Positions 10,055 to 20,496 of a stretch of 64,000 nucleotides of DNA are shown piece after piece. The notes under the pieces are model-generated. The model searched no databases, was not told where the DNA came from, and saw only the letters and a list, made by a program, of their open reading frames with translations. The stretch covers positions 32,001 through 96,000 of the forward strand of contig JBEKDF010000004.1 in NCBI GenBank assembly GCA_050014495.1, in the 5' to 3' direction. Each line of letters starts with the position of its first letter. The stretch's first letter is position 1. This stretch comes from Candidatus Bathyarchaeia archaeon (GTDB taxonomy: Archaea; Thermoproteota; Bathyarchaeia; TCS64). The translations under genes and the position numbers were made by a program.

Positions 10055-11482
10055 TTGGCCAACCCTTGGCTTGAAGTTGATAAAAAGATAGTATCCGAGA
10101 TATACACGTCGTCAGAGCCGATGGACAACCTGAAGATGCTCTGCGATGTTTACGGGAGCAGATTCCCTGGCACTCCTGGAGATCTAGGTTCGGTCAAGTA
10201 TATGGTTGAGAAGCTTAAGGGCTATGGGATCCCCGAAGCTTACTACGAGGGTTACAAGATACCTGGCTGGAAGAGGGGGCCTTCGAAGCTTGATATCGTA
10301 AGCCCCTTGAAGAAGGAGATCGGCTGTATCAGTCTACCTCATAGCATCGCTGGTGAGGTAGAAGCAAACCTTATTTGGCTTGGGGACGGCGCTATCGATA
10401 TTTACGAGAAAAGGAAGAAGGATATCGATGGTAACATTGTAATGGTTAGTAGCGCGAATCCGCTGGGTATGACGCGGTCGCTTCACAGGTCGGAGAAGTT
10501 TCTGAGGAGTGTCCTCGCGGGGGCAAAGGGTTGGATATTCATGAACCAGTACCCCGCCTACGGGCCTCAAACTGGCGGTATCAGCCCAGTCATCCCCTCC
10601 ATTAGTGTGAGCTACGAGGATGGTATGTACCTTGTGCGGAGCATTGAGAGGGAGGGGAAGGTTACTCTTAGAATCAAAACGACGGATAAGAACATGGAGG
10701 TGACAACCTACAACGTCATCGCGGACATCCCTGGGACGTCGAAGAGTAAGGAATACGTCGTCGTGGGTAGTCACTACGATGGGCACGACATAAGCCAAGG
10801 GGCTGAGGACCCCGCCTCGGGCACAGTAACGGTATTGGAAATCGCAAGGGACCTCACCATGGTCAAGCAGAAGCTCAAGAGACGCGTACGCTGCATATGC
10901 TTTGGCGCAGAGGAGATCGGTCTCTATGGTAGCTACAACTATACCGCCATGCATGCAGATGAGATGGATAACATCAGGTTTATGCTCAATCTCGACGCAG
11001 GCGGTGGTAAGTCACGGAAGGGTATTATCATACACGACTTCCCTGAGCTCGAGCCATTCATGGATAGCTGCGCCAAGGAGATGAAGACTGAACTGCCCTA
11101 CTTCGAGCGTGTTGGTCCATATAGCGACCATTGGCCATTCTACCTTAGGAGCGTTCCCTGCGGGAGTGGGGGAGATCCGGAGACGATACGCACGAGCACT
11201 GGCAGAGGCTTTGGCCATAGCCAATACGATACAGTTGACAAGGTCGACCTAGAATATCTCCGCCTCGCAGCCTCAAACTACACTCGTTTCCTCCTGAGGG
11301 TCGCCAACGCGAATAAGTGGGAGGTGAAGAGGAAGACCCAGAAGGAGATCCAGGAGTTCATAAAGAAACAGGGATACGACCAGACGGTTCAGCTCACTGA
11401 TAGGGCAAAGGCGTATGTGAAGACATGGCCGGAGATCCACCCAGAGACTAAGGTTTGGTTGGATAGCAAGAGCGACTGGTAA
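10055..11482 (+). CDS. M28 family metallopeptidase with PA domain
   Basis: GSHYD, GAEDPASG, FGAEEIGL.GS, NLD, SDHWPF; probable TTG start at 10055. Confidence 0.9.
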   Translation: MANPWLEVDKKIVSEIYTSSEPMDNLKMLCDVYGSRFPGTPGDLGSVKYMVEKLKGYGIPEAYYEGYKIPGWKRGPSKLDIVSPLKKEIGCISLPHSIAGEVEANLIWLGDGAIDIYEKRKKDIDGNIVMVSSANPLGMTRSLHRSEKFLRSVLAGAKGWIFMNQYPAYGPQTGGISPVIPSISVSYEDGMYLVRSIEREGKVTLRIKTTDKNMEVTTYNVIADIPGTSKSKEYVVVGSHYDGHDISQGAEDPASGTVTVLEIARDLTMVKQKLKRRVRCICFGAEEIGLYGSYNYTAMHADEMDNIRFMLNLDAGGGKSRKGIIIHDFPELEPFMDSCAKEMKTELPYFERVGPYSDHWPFYLRSVPCGSGGDPETIRTSTGRGFGHSQYDTVDKVDLEYLRLAASNYTRFLLRVANANKWEVKRKTQKEIQEFIKKQGYDQTVQLTDRAKAYVKTWPEIHPETKVWLDSKSDW

Positions 11483-11629
11483 GTGCCTCATGTCCTTTTG
11501 GGGTTCCCCAAGTTTTTCTTGCGCGAATATTGTTTGCGTCGTCCATTGTTTCAATCTTTGAATTCCGGTGCTCGCGCCACTAGCAAGATTAAAGTGTTCT
11601 CGCTTCCAAGCCTGAATTGGGTGTAGAAT

Positions 11630-11983
11630 TTGTCTTATTGTTCAAACTGTGGCAAGGAGATCGATGCTGAGGCAAACTTTTGTCCTAAGTGCGGCGTTAG
11701 GACCGAGAAGGGGGTCAAGGAGAGTGTGTCCATACCATGGGCTTCAGACCCACACTGGAGGCAGGAGATGGATATGGCCCTTGATAAGGCCTCTAAGGCC
11801 ATTGATGAGGGGGTAAAAATTGTTCAGGATACTTTCCGAGAGGTCGCTCAAGAGGTTGATAAGAATGTGAAGATTGCGAAGACGAATGTAACAGAAAGGA
11901 CCACAACCGTCTACTGTAAATACTGTGGTCAGGAGAACACTAGGTACGCGAAGTTCTGCACAAAGTGTGGAAAACCGCTCTAA
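11630..11983 (+). CDS. Double zinc-ribbon domain protein
   Basis: CxxC..CxxC at both termini (CSNC/CPKC, CKYC/CTKC). Confidence 0.85.
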   Translation: MSYCSNCGKEIDAEANFCPKCGVRTEKGVKESVSIPWASDPHWRQEMDMALDKASKAIDEGVKIVQDTFREVAQEVDKNVKIAKTNVTERTTTVYCKYCGQENTRYAKFCTKCGKPL

Positions 11984-11987
11984 ACCT

Positions 11988-12377
11988 CTATTTTCTCGGG
12001 ACCTTATCAACGTCGACTAGGACGACGATTACCGCGTTGACCATCAAAATTGGGTGGGTCTTCGCCTCATCCTTTGTAGAGTCGGTTGGGAACCTGAAGC
12101 CGCCTTTTATGACATTAATTCGCCTCTTCCCTTCTGGAAGGGTAGAAAGAACTACTTCACCATCCACCTTTTCTGGGTCAGGCGTAGCTATGGTGACGTC
12201 AACCATAAGAGCATCTTCAATCTCGGAGAAATTTTTGATCTTAAACAGCTGACTTAGGCCGATCATGCTGCTATGGCTTATGGCGTCCTTTACGGCCCTC
12301 TGAGCGGCCTTCGTTGCGTCCTCGCCATGAAGGTCGATCCCAGTTCCTACCTCAACTAGATATCTCCTGTAGTCCAT
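11988..12377 (-). CDS. Lin0512 family protein
   Basis: EVGTGIDLHGEDATKAAQRAVKDAI signature; ATG at 12377. Confidence 0.85.
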   Translation of the reverse strand: MDYRRYLVEVGTGIDLHGEDATKAAQRAVKDAISHSSMIGLSQLFKIKNFSEIEDALMVDVTIATPDPEKVDGEVVLSTLPEGKRRINVIKGGFRFPTDSTKDEAKTHPILMVNAVIVVLVDVDKVPRK

Positions 12378-12515
12378 CCCTTCTACCTCGGGATACGGTA
12401 GGAGGAAGGAATAAAAGCCTTGGGAAAAGGCCATTTGTAACTCTTATTCACCCCCGTCCGACTCTCCCGAAATTAGTAGGTAGTCTTTTCACTAGCTGGT
12501 TCTATTTTTCTCAGC

Positions 12516-13073
12516 ATGTCTGTAATAGAGTTCGAAGGTAAGAAGCCGAAGATCCATCCAAGCGTTTTCTTGGCCCCAGGCAGCTGGGTCATTGGCGACG
12601 TTACTCTGGACGAGGACGTAAACGTCTGGACGAATGCCGTGATACGTGGGGACGACGACAACGTTGTGATAGGTGCTCGCACAACCGTGCTTGAGGGATG
12701 TCTGATCGAGGCACCAACGGGCAACCCCGTCAGCATTGGTAAGGATGTAATCGTGAGTCATGGAGCCACGGTTCATGGTGCCAAGATCGGGGATAACGCT
12801 ATAATTGGCATTCAGGCCATCGTTCTCGATAGGGCTGAGATCGGGGAGGGGGCGATGGTGGGATCCGGTGCCCTCGTGAGCCCGCGGAAGATTATTCCCC
12901 CAAGGATGGTCGCCCTCGGAATTCCTGCTGAGCCGAAGAATGATGTCACTGAGGCTACCGTCCAGTATATGGCGAAGGAGCGGGAAAGGACCCTTAGCAA
13001 GGCGAAGGTGTACAAGCAGATTTATCATGAGCTCGAGCACGCGCGCTCGTCTGGGCACTTCTATTCTTCCTAA
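12516..13073 (+). CDS. Gamma carbonic anhydrase-like hexapeptide repeat protein
   Basis: VIGDVTL, NAVIRGD, SHGATVHGAKIG. Confidence 0.9.
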   Translation: MSVIEFEGKKPKIHPSVFLAPGSWVIGDVTLDEDVNVWTNAVIRGDDDNVVIGARTTVLEGCLIEAPTGNPVSIGKDVIVSHGATVHGAKIGDNAIIGIQAIVLDRAEIGEGAMVGSGALVSPRKIIPPRMVALGIPAEPKNDVTEATVQYMAKERERTLSKAKVYKQIYHELEHARSSGHFYSS

Positions 13074-13352
13074 ATCTTTACCTTTTTGAAGATAAATCGG
13101 TTCATTATGGCCTTATAGTCAGATCCAAATGATATTCATGTAAACCTAAAATAAGTCTAGCTAATTGTCAAATTTAATAGGATTTCTAAAAGCAGATCTA
13201 CACTAATTCTTGTAAGAGTTTGGAGGCTCGAGCCTCCTGATGCTGGTATCGTCAGCTACGAGGCATAAGTACAGTAACTGACATGGTAACCTTAGGAACC
13301 CATAATATAAAATCAAAGTAGGCCATTTGGGGTCTCTGGTGAGTGAAACTGG

Positions 13353-14006
13353 TTATCTCCGGTTGTGTGAAAAGGTGAATGCGGAGGGGCAAAGCTTACT
13401 GACGACGCAGTTGGCGCAGTCTGGCTTCTTAGCATCACAGATCTTTCTCCCGTGTGTTATGAGTAGATAGTTCACCTCAAACCACTTCTTCCGGGGGATG
13501 AGTTCGAGGAGGTCTTTCTCAATTTTATCCCTGTTTTTCTGCTTGGACCAGCCGAGACGTTGACTGAGGCGAATCACGTGGGTGTCGACAGCTATGCCCT
13601 CGACGATCCCGTATGCGTTTCCCAGGACGAGGTTTGCTGTCTTTCTGGCCACACCCTTGAGGGTAAGGAGCTCATCCATTGTGTTGGGGACTACTCCGTC
13701 AAACTCATCTACTATCTGTCGAGTTGCTGCCTGTATTAGCTCGGCTTTTCTATGGAAGAAACCCGAGGACTTAATGTAGGTCTCGAGCTCGGTCCTCTCC
13801 GCTTTGGCGTAGTCAGCTGCTGTTTTATATCGTTTAAAAAGAGCGGGGGTGAGTTTGTTGATCTGCTCGTCGGTGCTTTGGGCTGACAGTATTGTGGCTA
13901 CGAGGAGCTCCAAGGGGGTCTCCCAGTGGAGCATTGTCCCTTTATCAAGGGGGTACTCGACTTCTAGTAGTGCTATAATCTTCTTCGCTCTCTCCCGATC
14001 ATCCAT
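13353..14006 (-). CDS. nth: Endonuclease III
   Basis: LLVATILSAQSTD, HhH LKGVARKTAN, VDTHV, C-x6-C-x2-C-x5-C FeS motif. Confidence 0.95.
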   Translation of the reverse strand: MDDRERAKKIIALLEVEYPLDKGTMLHWETPLELLVATILSAQSTDEQINKLTPALFKRYKTAADYAKAERTELETYIKSSGFFHRKAELIQAATRQIVDEFDGVVPNTMDELLTLKGVARKTANLVLGNAYGIVEGIAVDTHVIRLSQRLGWSKQKNRDKIEKDLLELIPRKKWFEVNYLLITHGRKICDAKKPDCANCVVSKLCPSAFTFSHNRR

Positions 14007-14091
14007 GATGCTAACTGGGTGGTCTACGTGTTTAATCCATTCTAGGCTTGGGCAGGTTTATTGCCCTCGACGATAATGGCTTTACTCGACA

Positions 14092-14706
14092 TTGTTCTGG
14101 AGGAAGAAGAAGCCTGAGGGCCCCCGGGGCGAGCTTCCGCCACATCAGGCTCCCATCAAAGAGTTAATGAGGTGGGGTATCGACCACCCGGGCATAACCC
14201 CCATACTCCCAGTCATCGATAAGAAGGACTGGAGCCTCGTCGTCGATGGAGAAGTGGATGTGTCGTTCAAGCTTAACTGGGACGACTTCATGGCTCTACC
14301 CCAGGTAGAGGTGGTGAGTAATTTCCATTGTGTGGAGGGTTGGAGTGTGCTCTCTCAGAAATGGGGTGGTGTGCTGTTCAGTGTCCTACAGGAGAGGGTT
14401 AAGCCAAAGGAGGTGGCGAAGTACGCTTTGTTCGAGTGCGCCGATGGATATACCACCAGCCTTCCCCTATCGGATCTTCAGGGTGGAGACGTAGTTCTCG
14501 CCCACAGGCTAAACGGCGCTGACCTCAGCCAGCCTCTTGGTGGGCCGATGAGGCTCGTTGTCCCAAAGAAGTACGCTTACAAGTCCGCAATGTGGCTGAC
14601 GAAGATCACGTTTGTCTCTCATGACAAGCTGGGTTTCTGGGAGCGAGGCTATTACAGTAACACGGCGGATATCTGGACTAACGACAGATACCGGAATGAT
14701 AACTAG
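14092..14706 (+). CDS. Sulfite oxidase-like molybdopterin-binding oxidoreductase
   Basis: FHCVEGWS, GYTTSLPL, GGPMRLVVP..YAYKSAMWL. Confidence 0.9.
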   Translation: MFWRKKKPEGPRGELPPHQAPIKELMRWGIDHPGITPILPVIDKKDWSLVVDGEVDVSFKLNWDDFMALPQVEVVSNFHCVEGWSVLSQKWGGVLFSVLQERVKPKEVAKYALFECADGYTTSLPLSDLQGGDVVLAHRLNGADLSQPLGGPMRLVVPKKYAYKSAMWLTKITFVSHDKLGFWERGYYSNTADIWTNDRYRNDN

Positions 14707-14793
14707 AATCACGCTCGACTAACCATTAAAAACAGCCTAGATAAGAGAAACGGAGCACGTTTACCCCCTCAATAAGCCAATTTTCCCTAAAAC

Positions 14794-14808
14794 CCGATAG
14801 CTTTTTAA
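14794..14808 (+). promoter_or_regulatory. Putative archaeal BRE/TATA promoter of the albA cluster
   Basis: CCGATAG-CTTTTTAA about 60 nt upstream of albA; GGAGG SD at 14854-14858. Confidence 0.45.
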
Positions 14809-14866
14809 CCCAACAACAACTCATTTTAGCACACCTATAGAAAACGAATGTCTGGAGGAGTCCAAA

Positions 14867-15142
14867 GTGGAGAGATCTAACACCGTATTCATCGGACGAA
14901 AGCCTGTACTCAACTATGTCCTCGCATGCATGACCCTTTTCAAAAGTGGTCAGGAGAGCATTTCAGTTAAGGCACGTGGACAGTCAATCAGCAGGGCTGT
15001 CGATGTCGTTGAGGTACTCAGGAACAGGTTCATGCCGAGTGTCACAGTCTTAGAGATTAAGATAGGTACTGAACAGATGCAGTCCGAGGAGCGTAGCACG
15101 CCTTCAAACGTCAGCACAATCGAGATCGTGCTCAAGCCTTAA
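14867..15142 (+). CDS. albA: DNA/RNA-binding chromatin protein Alba
   Basis: [34 protein letters not shown]. Confidence 0.95.
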   Translation: MERSNTVFIGRKPVLNYVLACMTLFKSGQESISVKARGQSISRAVDVVEVLRNRFMPSVTVLEIKIGTEQMQSEERSTPSNVSTIEIVLKP

Positions 15143-15199
15143 AGGCGCAAACCATTAGGCTCTCGCGGCGGCTCCCCCGGATACCCGGAGGACCACTGA

Positions 15200-15709
15200 G
15201 TGCAAACGCAACTATGTGAGTTCTGTTTAAAGAGCGGCATGCTATGCTCGAAGTGCCAGACGAAGATCAAGACAGGCGCCGTAACAAACGAGTACATGGA
15301 AGTGGCTAAGAAGCTCATTAGCTACGAGGGCCAGAACCAGTTCCTTCAAACCGTCACTCTGGATAACGTGGTAGATGCAGGGGGTTTCCTCGTACTAGTT
15401 GTTGGGAAGGGTGACTCCGCTAAATTCAACGTTAACCCTAAACCTATTCGCGATCTCGGTGACGCACTGAACAAGAGGGTTGTCGTAATTGAGGCTGGAA
15501 TGAACGACAGGAAGTTCCTTGAGGACCTATTCTCAGGGCAGCAGATCGTCACAATCAATATTATTTGGCTCCCTGATGGGAGCACGGAGACTCGGGTCGT
15601 ACTAGGAGCACGGGGAGCTAAGCGGTTCAGCAAGAAGCGTATCCAGGCTTTAGTCGATATTGCGAAGAAGGTTCGCAAGATGGACCTTCGCGTAGAGTAT
15701 GCCTACTAG
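15200..15709 (+). CDS. NusA-like KH-domain protein with N-terminal Zn finger
   Basis: CEFCLKSGMLCSKC; INIIWLPDGS typical of the archaeal NusA paralog. Confidence 0.75.
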   Translation: MQTQLCEFCLKSGMLCSKCQTKIKTGAVTNEYMEVAKKLISYEGQNQFLQTVTLDNVVDAGGFLVLVVGKGDSAKFNVNPKPIRDLGDALNKRVVVIEAGMNDRKFLEDLFSGQQIVTINIIWLPDGSTETRVVLGARGAKRFSKKRIQALVDIAKKVRKMDLRVEYAY

Positions 15710-15773
15710 AAGCTCGAAAGTATTTTTATACCCACCTCTCACCTAGCTGGGTAGCTTACAAGTGGGTTCTTTA

Positions 15774-17054
15774 ATGTTCGACAGGGTATACATCGAGGAA
15801 GCTAAGAAAAGGCAGGACGAACAAGTCACCATTGCGGGGTGGGTCGTTCGTACGAGGGACTTAGCGAAGATCAAGTTCATCGTGATGCGTGATAGGACCG
15901 GCGAGATCCAGGTCACCGTGAAGGACCTTAACTTATACCCTAAGGAGGGTTTCGGTAGGGAGGATGTCATCGCTGTCACTGGTAAAGCTGAGCAGAGTAA
16001 GATCGCTAATGCCGGTATGGAGTTTTTCCCTGATAAGATTGAGGTCGTGAATAAGTCGAGGCAGCCCCTCCCTGTGGATATCACTGAGACAAGCCAGAGT
16101 GAGCTGGAGACGAGGCTGAATTGGCGTTTCTTAGACTTTAGGGCACCGCAGACCCGCGCAATATTTACTATTCAGAATAGGCTGCTCTCAACTTTCCGCA
16201 GTTGGTTGACGGAGAACTGCTATGTTGAGATACAGCCACCCTGTATCATTGCCTCAGCGTCAGAGGGCGGCGCAGATCTATTCAGTCTGCCCTATTTCGA
16301 GAAGAAGGCGTTTCTCGCTCAGAGTCCCCAACTCTACAAACAGATGTGCGCAATCAGCTTCGAGAAGGTCTTCACAGTAACCCCAATCTGGAGGGCTGAA
16401 AAATTCAATACCCCCACCCACCTAAACGAGATTAGACAGATGGATATTGAGCAGGCTTTTGCTGATGACGAGATTGTTATGAAGGTACTCGAAAAGGTGC
16501 TTATCCACATGCTGAGGGATGTGAAGGAACACTGCCCAGAGGAACTCAAGACCCTTAATAGGGAGTTGCTCATCCCAGAGCTGCCATTCAAGCGTGTCAC
16601 ATATACAAAGGCGATCGAGATGCTTCAGAAGGCGGGGGAGCAGATCAAATGGGGGGACGACTTTACGAAGCCTCAGGAAAGGAAGATGATGGAGCTCGTG
16701 GGGGAACAGGCTTTTTTCCTAAAGGATTGGCCCGCAGCACAGAAGGCGTTCTATTCTATGCCCTACGTGGATAACCCGGAGATTGTCCATGCATTCGACT
16801 GCATCTATGGTGGCATTGAGATAAGTAGCGGCACGCAGCGCATTCACATCCCCGAGTTACTCAGGGAGAGGATAAGTAATAAGGGGCTGCACCCAGAGAA
16901 CTTCGAGAGCTATATCGAGGCTTTCGCTTATGGTGCTCCCCCTCACGCGGGGTGGAGCATCGGGCTGGAAAGGCTGACAATGATCGTGACTGGGAAGGAC
17001 AACATCAGGGAGTGCTGTATGTTCCCGCGTGACAGGGAGAGGCTCATCCCATGA
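15774..17054 (+). CDS. aspS: Aspartyl-tRNA synthetase, archaeal type
   Basis: OB fold GWV..RD, LAQSPQLYKQ, motif 2 WRAE..HLNE, EISSG.QRIH, PPHAGWSIGLER, FPRD. Confidence 0.9.
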   Translation: MFDRVYIEEAKKRQDEQVTIAGWVVRTRDLAKIKFIVMRDRTGEIQVTVKDLNLYPKEGFGREDVIAVTGKAEQSKIANAGMEFFPDKIEVVNKSRQPLPVDITETSQSELETRLNWRFLDFRAPQTRAIFTIQNRLLSTFRSWLTENCYVEIQPPCIIASASEGGADLFSLPYFEKKAFLAQSPQLYKQMCAISFEKVFTVTPIWRAEKFNTPTHLNEIRQMDIEQAFADDEIVMKVLEKVLIHMLRDVKEHCPEELKTLNRELLIPELPFKRVTYTKAIEMLQKAGEQIKWGDDFTKPQERKMMELVGEQAFFLKDWPAAQKAFYSMPYVDNPEIVHAFDCIYGGIEISSGTQRIHIPELLRERISNKGLHPENFESYIEAFAYGAPPHAGWSIGLERLTMIVTGKDNIRECCMFPRDRERLIP

Positions 17055-17425
17055 GCAGACAGAGCCAGTTCGAGTACAAGATGTGCATAGTAATACGCAC
17101 TGACCTGAAGATGAGTGTCGGTAAGATGATAGCCCAGGCTTGCCATGCAGCCGTCGACTGCTCGGAGAAAGCAAAGCAGGAGAACCACGCGGGTTGGCGG
17201 AAGTGGCGAGACGAGGGAGCGAAGAAGGTTGCCCTCCAAGTCGACTCGCAGGAGGAGCTTGAGGAGCTAGCTGATAAAGCGGATAATCTCGACATCGTCT
17301 ACACAGTTATTCAAGATCGGGGTCTCACCGAGGTCCCACCAGGAAGCATTACCGCCCTAGGTCTCGGACCCGAGAGGAACGATAAGCTTGACAAGATAAC
17401 AGGCAACCTCCCGTTAATGAAGTGA
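17051..17425 (+). CDS. pth2: Peptidyl-tRNA hydrolase Pth2
   Basis: RTDLKMSVGKMIAQACHA, DRGLTEVPPGS, DKITGNLPL. Confidence 0.95.
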   Translation: MSRQSQFEYKMCIVIRTDLKMSVGKMIAQACHAAVDCSEKAKQENHAGWRKWRDEGAKKVALQVDSQEELEELADKADNLDIVYTVIQDRGLTEVPPGSITALGLGPERNDKLDKITGNLPLMK

Positions 17426-17496
17426 GGATTAACTAATATCAATTTTTGAATAAATCCATTCTATTGAGGATATTTCGAGAATTAGGAAAGTCTATT

Positions 17497-17658
17497 TTAA
17501 GGGCCTTGGAACCCGCAGGCGGGGCACCTGTAGGTGCGACCGAAGAGCCGACATTTCTCGCAGCGCCAAATTGTGACGGCACCGCAGTTGGGGCAGCTCA
17601 TCTTGACAGCTTTCTCCTCGGGTGCAACCTTCCTACCACAGGAGATGCAAGTTGACAT
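17497..17658 (-). CDS. Small CPxCG zinc-finger protein (DUF1610 / HVO_2753-like); not in ORF track
   Basis: Manual translation MSTCISCGRKVAPEEKAVKMSCPNCGAVTIWRCEKCRLFGRTYRCPACGFQGP; four CxxC and C-terminal GFxGP. Confidence 0.9.
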   Translation of the reverse strand: MSTCISCGRKVAPEEKAVKMSCPNCGAVTIWRCEKCRLFGRTYRCPACGFQGP

Positions 17659-17692
17659 ACTTATCAGCCCACATACAACCTTGGTTCGATAT

Positions 17693-18895
17693 TTAAATGT
17701 TCACTAGGTTGCGTAATTCGGCGAAGGCGAGTCTCCCAAGTCCACTGACCATTGCCCTCATGAGTCTTGGCTCGGAGAGCGCTCGTTTTATGACTTCTCC
17801 TTGAAGGTCCATATCCCCGCCCGCGACTATTTCTTCAACCACGTTATTGAGCCCAGAATCGTTGAAGACGCGAAGGAGCCTATTCATCCTTTCATCCGAT
17901 ATTCTATCAACGAGGTTGCGTAGAGTCTGCATGCTCCTGAACTCTGCCCCGTAGAGTCTCCTCCATTCATCTTCATAATGTACAAGTGATCTCTCCGAGA
18001 GATCACCGGATTCAAGTGCTTGGGATGCTACACTCCCAGCTTTGATGGCGCATAAACCACCGAGTACTATGCCGCCTCCTGTCGTCGGTTTGACTTGTCC
18101 TGCGGCGTCCCCTACTAGCAACATTCCGGGGAACGATGTTCTGCTTACCGGACCATCCACGAGCACCTGGCCAATTCTTGGAGATTGATAGGAAACAGCG
18201 CCGAAACGCCTCTTGATAAAGCGGGTCAACAACATGATAGGGTCACCGACCCTCGTAGCGAGTCCCACCCTAGCCTCCTGGTTCGAGATTGGTATTACCC
18301 ATGCAAAGAATCCTGGGGCAGTCTCTTCACCAAACCAGACCTCAACCATTGTGGGGTCCATGTCGCACTTCACCTCTGTGTTTACGCCAAGGAGTGGTAC
18401 CCGTCTGGAATTGACCAGCCCAGCCTCCTTAACAAGTCTACGTGAGGGTCCCTCTGCATCAATGATGAGGCGCGACTCTTCGGCCCACTCGGTTCCGATT
18501 ACGCCTACTATTGAGCCGTTGATTAGCTTAAGCTTCTCTGCTCTTCTACCTAAGACGAGTTCAGCTCCGGCGTCGATTGCAGACTCTGCTAGATATTGGT
18601 CGAGCGCTATTCTATCTATGACATGTGCACGTGGGCGCTTATCCCTGATCTCAATGCTGTGTCCGTCAGGTGAGTAGATCCACCCTCCGACAACATCGTT
18701 TTGGACGAAACTCTTTGACGCTACCACCCCAATCCTCTTAAGTCCCTCTATACTAACGAGGCCAGCGCAGTGGCTTGGAATCCCTACTTGGCTGTGTTCT
18801 TCTAGAATCTTGACTGAGAAACCCTTGGACGCTATCTCCTTAGCCGCTAGAAGACCCGCTGATCCTGCACCCACGATGAGTGAGTCAGAGTCCAT
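17693..18895 (-). CDS. Geranylgeranyl reductase family FAD-dependent oxidoreductase
   Basis: VGAGSAG, PSHCAG, FAWVIP, GDAAGQVKPTTGGGI. Confidence 0.9.
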   Translation of the reverse strand: MDSDSLIVGAGSAGLLAAKEIASKGFSVKILEEHSQVGIPSHCAGLVSIEGLKRIGVVASKSFVQNDVVGGWIYSPDGHSIEIRDKRPRAHVIDRIALDQYLAESAIDAGAELVLGRRAEKLKLINGSIVGVIGTEWAEESRLIIDAEGPSRRLVKEAGLVNSRRVPLLGVNTEVKCDMDPTMVEVWFGEETAPGFFAWVIPISNQEARVGLATRVGDPIMLLTRFIKRRFGAVSYQSPRIGQVLVDGPVSRTSFPGMLLVGDAAGQVKPTTGGGIVLGGLCAIKAGSVASQALESGDLSERSLVHYEDEWRRLYGAEFRSMQTLRNLVDRISDERMNRLLRVFNDSGLNNVVEEIVAGGDMDLQGEVIKRALSEPRLMRAMVSGLGRLAFAELRNLVNI

Positions 18896-18918
18896 TGGGT
18901 CACCGTTATAGAGGGAAT

Positions 18919-19896
18919 TTAGCTGCGCTTTACGATTTCCTGGAACTCGACATCTTCGAGCTCCGGGAAGAACTTTAAAACGTCCATTGCTAGACCCCTT
19001 TTAGCGATCTGGATGTTCTCGCCGAAGAATATCTCGTCGGGGATGATGATGGTCATCTTCTTCTTCCCCATTTTCTGACCGAACTTCTCGGCGTTGACAC
19101 CGACGAAGCGGCGACCGATTAAAGCGGTGACCTTCGCCTTTTCCTCCGAGATGATCTCCGTTACCTTAACGTCGTAGATGATCTTCCTGCCAGCTAATGC
19201 GTGGTTGTAGTCCACTTGGACGCGTCCAGCGCCTACGCTGCGTATAACCGCTTGTCGGCCGTCTATCTCCAACTCCGCCCCGGGTACTGGGTTGACGCCT
19301 TTACTGCGCAGAATGCGATAGGGGATCAACTGTACATTAACGGGGTCGCGCTCGCCGAATGCCTCTGCGGCCGGGATCTCTATGGATGTTTGCTCATTGG
19401 GTTTGACACCGCGTAGGCGTGCGTCGAGTCCACGTAGCACCCAGCCCTCGCCGACTACGACGAGGCGTGGGCCATAGACGTTTCCCTCACGGTGGGTGCC
19501 CTTCTCCTTTGCTACCTCCTCATTTGTAGTGTCGAAGACTTCACCGGTCTCCTCAGCCCTGCCGGTCATCTCCATGAGGATGAAGTCGCCCTTGTTTACG
19601 GCACCCTCTATACGCGGCTCCTCTGGTGGCTTCTCCTCTTTAGCCTCGACTGTAGCCCCTGTCTTCGTTTCCTCCGCGGGTTTTTCACCTGGAATCGCCT
19701 CAGCAATTGGTGCCTCAGCCTTTGATTCCTCTATGGGCTTTACATCTGAAATTGCCTCAACAACTGGGGCCTCGGTCTTCGTTTCCTCCACAGGCTTTTC
19801 ACTTGAAATTGCTTCAACTACGGGGGTCTTGACCTTGGGCTCCTCGACTGGTTTTTCTTCTGGCTTCTCCTCGATGGGCTTCTTCTCTTCACTCAT
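18919..19896 (-). CDS. Long-type FKBP peptidyl-prolyl isomerase (SlyD-like) with acidic N-terminal repeats
   Basis: VFDTT, GEGWVLRGLD, EAFGERD, VDYNHALAG. Confidence 0.9.
   Translation of the reverse strand: MSEEKKPIEEKPEEKPVEEPKVKTPVVEAISSEKPVEETKTEAPVVEAISDVKPIEESKAEAPIAEAIPGEKPAEETKTGATVEAKEEKPPEEPRIEGAVNKGDFILMEMTGRAEETGEVFDTTNEEVAKEKGTHREGNVYGPRLVVVGEGWVLRGLDARLRGVKPNEQTSIEIPAAEAFGERDPVNVQLIPYRILRSKGVNPVPGAELEIDGRQAVIRSVGAGRVQVDYNHALAGRKIIYDVKVTEIISEEKAKVTALIGRRFVGVNAEKFGQKMGKKKMTIIIPDEIFFGENIQIAKRGLAMDVLKFFPELEDVEFQEIVKRS
19633..19854 (-). repeat. About four degenerate 57-bp (19-aa) tandem coding repeats
   Basis: KPVEEPKVKTPVVEAISSE / KPVEETKTEAPVVEAISDV / KPIEESKAEAPIAEAIPGE / KPAEETKTGATVEA. 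Confidence 0.85.
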
Positions 19897-20070
19897 GGTT
19901 GAACACTCTGAGAGTCATTGCCCCCATTCCTGGGGGATTCACGCAAGGAGATGCGGAGCCCGGTTTAAAGCCTTTCTGTAAAATTTGACGGCTCTTTTCC
20001 TTTGGATGATCCACACGGTTTTTAGCCAAGGGCACTTGTCTAGTGGCGGATTGCGCGCGCCAAATGTTAC

Positions 20071-20355
20071 TTACAGCTTCTTTTTCGAATTTCCTCTCCT
20101 ATAGTTCAATATCGTTGACGCAGCTATCAGGACCATGAACCAGAAGGCTGCATCTATAGCCAGGATGATTAGGTCGACTCTCCATTCGTTGGTTGAGCCC
20201 GCTACTGTGCTGAGAATATTTGCTCCCCAAGTGAGGGGTAATCCGTATCGTACCTCGATTAGGTCCGGTACCGAGTAACCTTGGTTGTATACCAGGGCGA
20301 GCGTGCCTATTACTCCAAGGATCAATAGGATTATGGTTCGAATTCCTATTTTCAT
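20071..20355 (-). CDS. Small membrane protein
   Basis: Two hydrophobic segments, YGLPLTW motif, basic C-terminus. Confidence 0.7.
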   Translation of the reverse strand: MKIGIRTIILLILGVIGTLALVYNQGYSVPDLIEVRYGLPLTWGANILSTVAGSTNEWRVDLIILAIDAAFWFMVLIAASTILNYRRGNSKKKL

Positions 20356-20496
20356 ATTGATCAGTCACTTTACTCCTGATCTTTAATACATATTGTTCTC
20401 TAAGAGCGTGCACATGAAGGCGCATGCTTATGAGTATTCGCTCGCGTGTGCGAGATTCTTTATTTAGTCGCAAAGACCAAAAGGGTCTCGATCAAA

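Noticed and set aside
13222..13285. Palindrome GGAGGCTCGAGCCTCC and possible C/D box sRNA (TGATGC..CTGA)
   Set aside because: Box C is imperfect and internal C'/D' boxes are not evident; a single palindrome between convergent genes is unremarkable.
17446..17655. 69-aa plus-strand ORF in the ORF track
   Set aside because: It is the shadow of the minus-strand DUF1610 zinc-finger gene (17497-17658).
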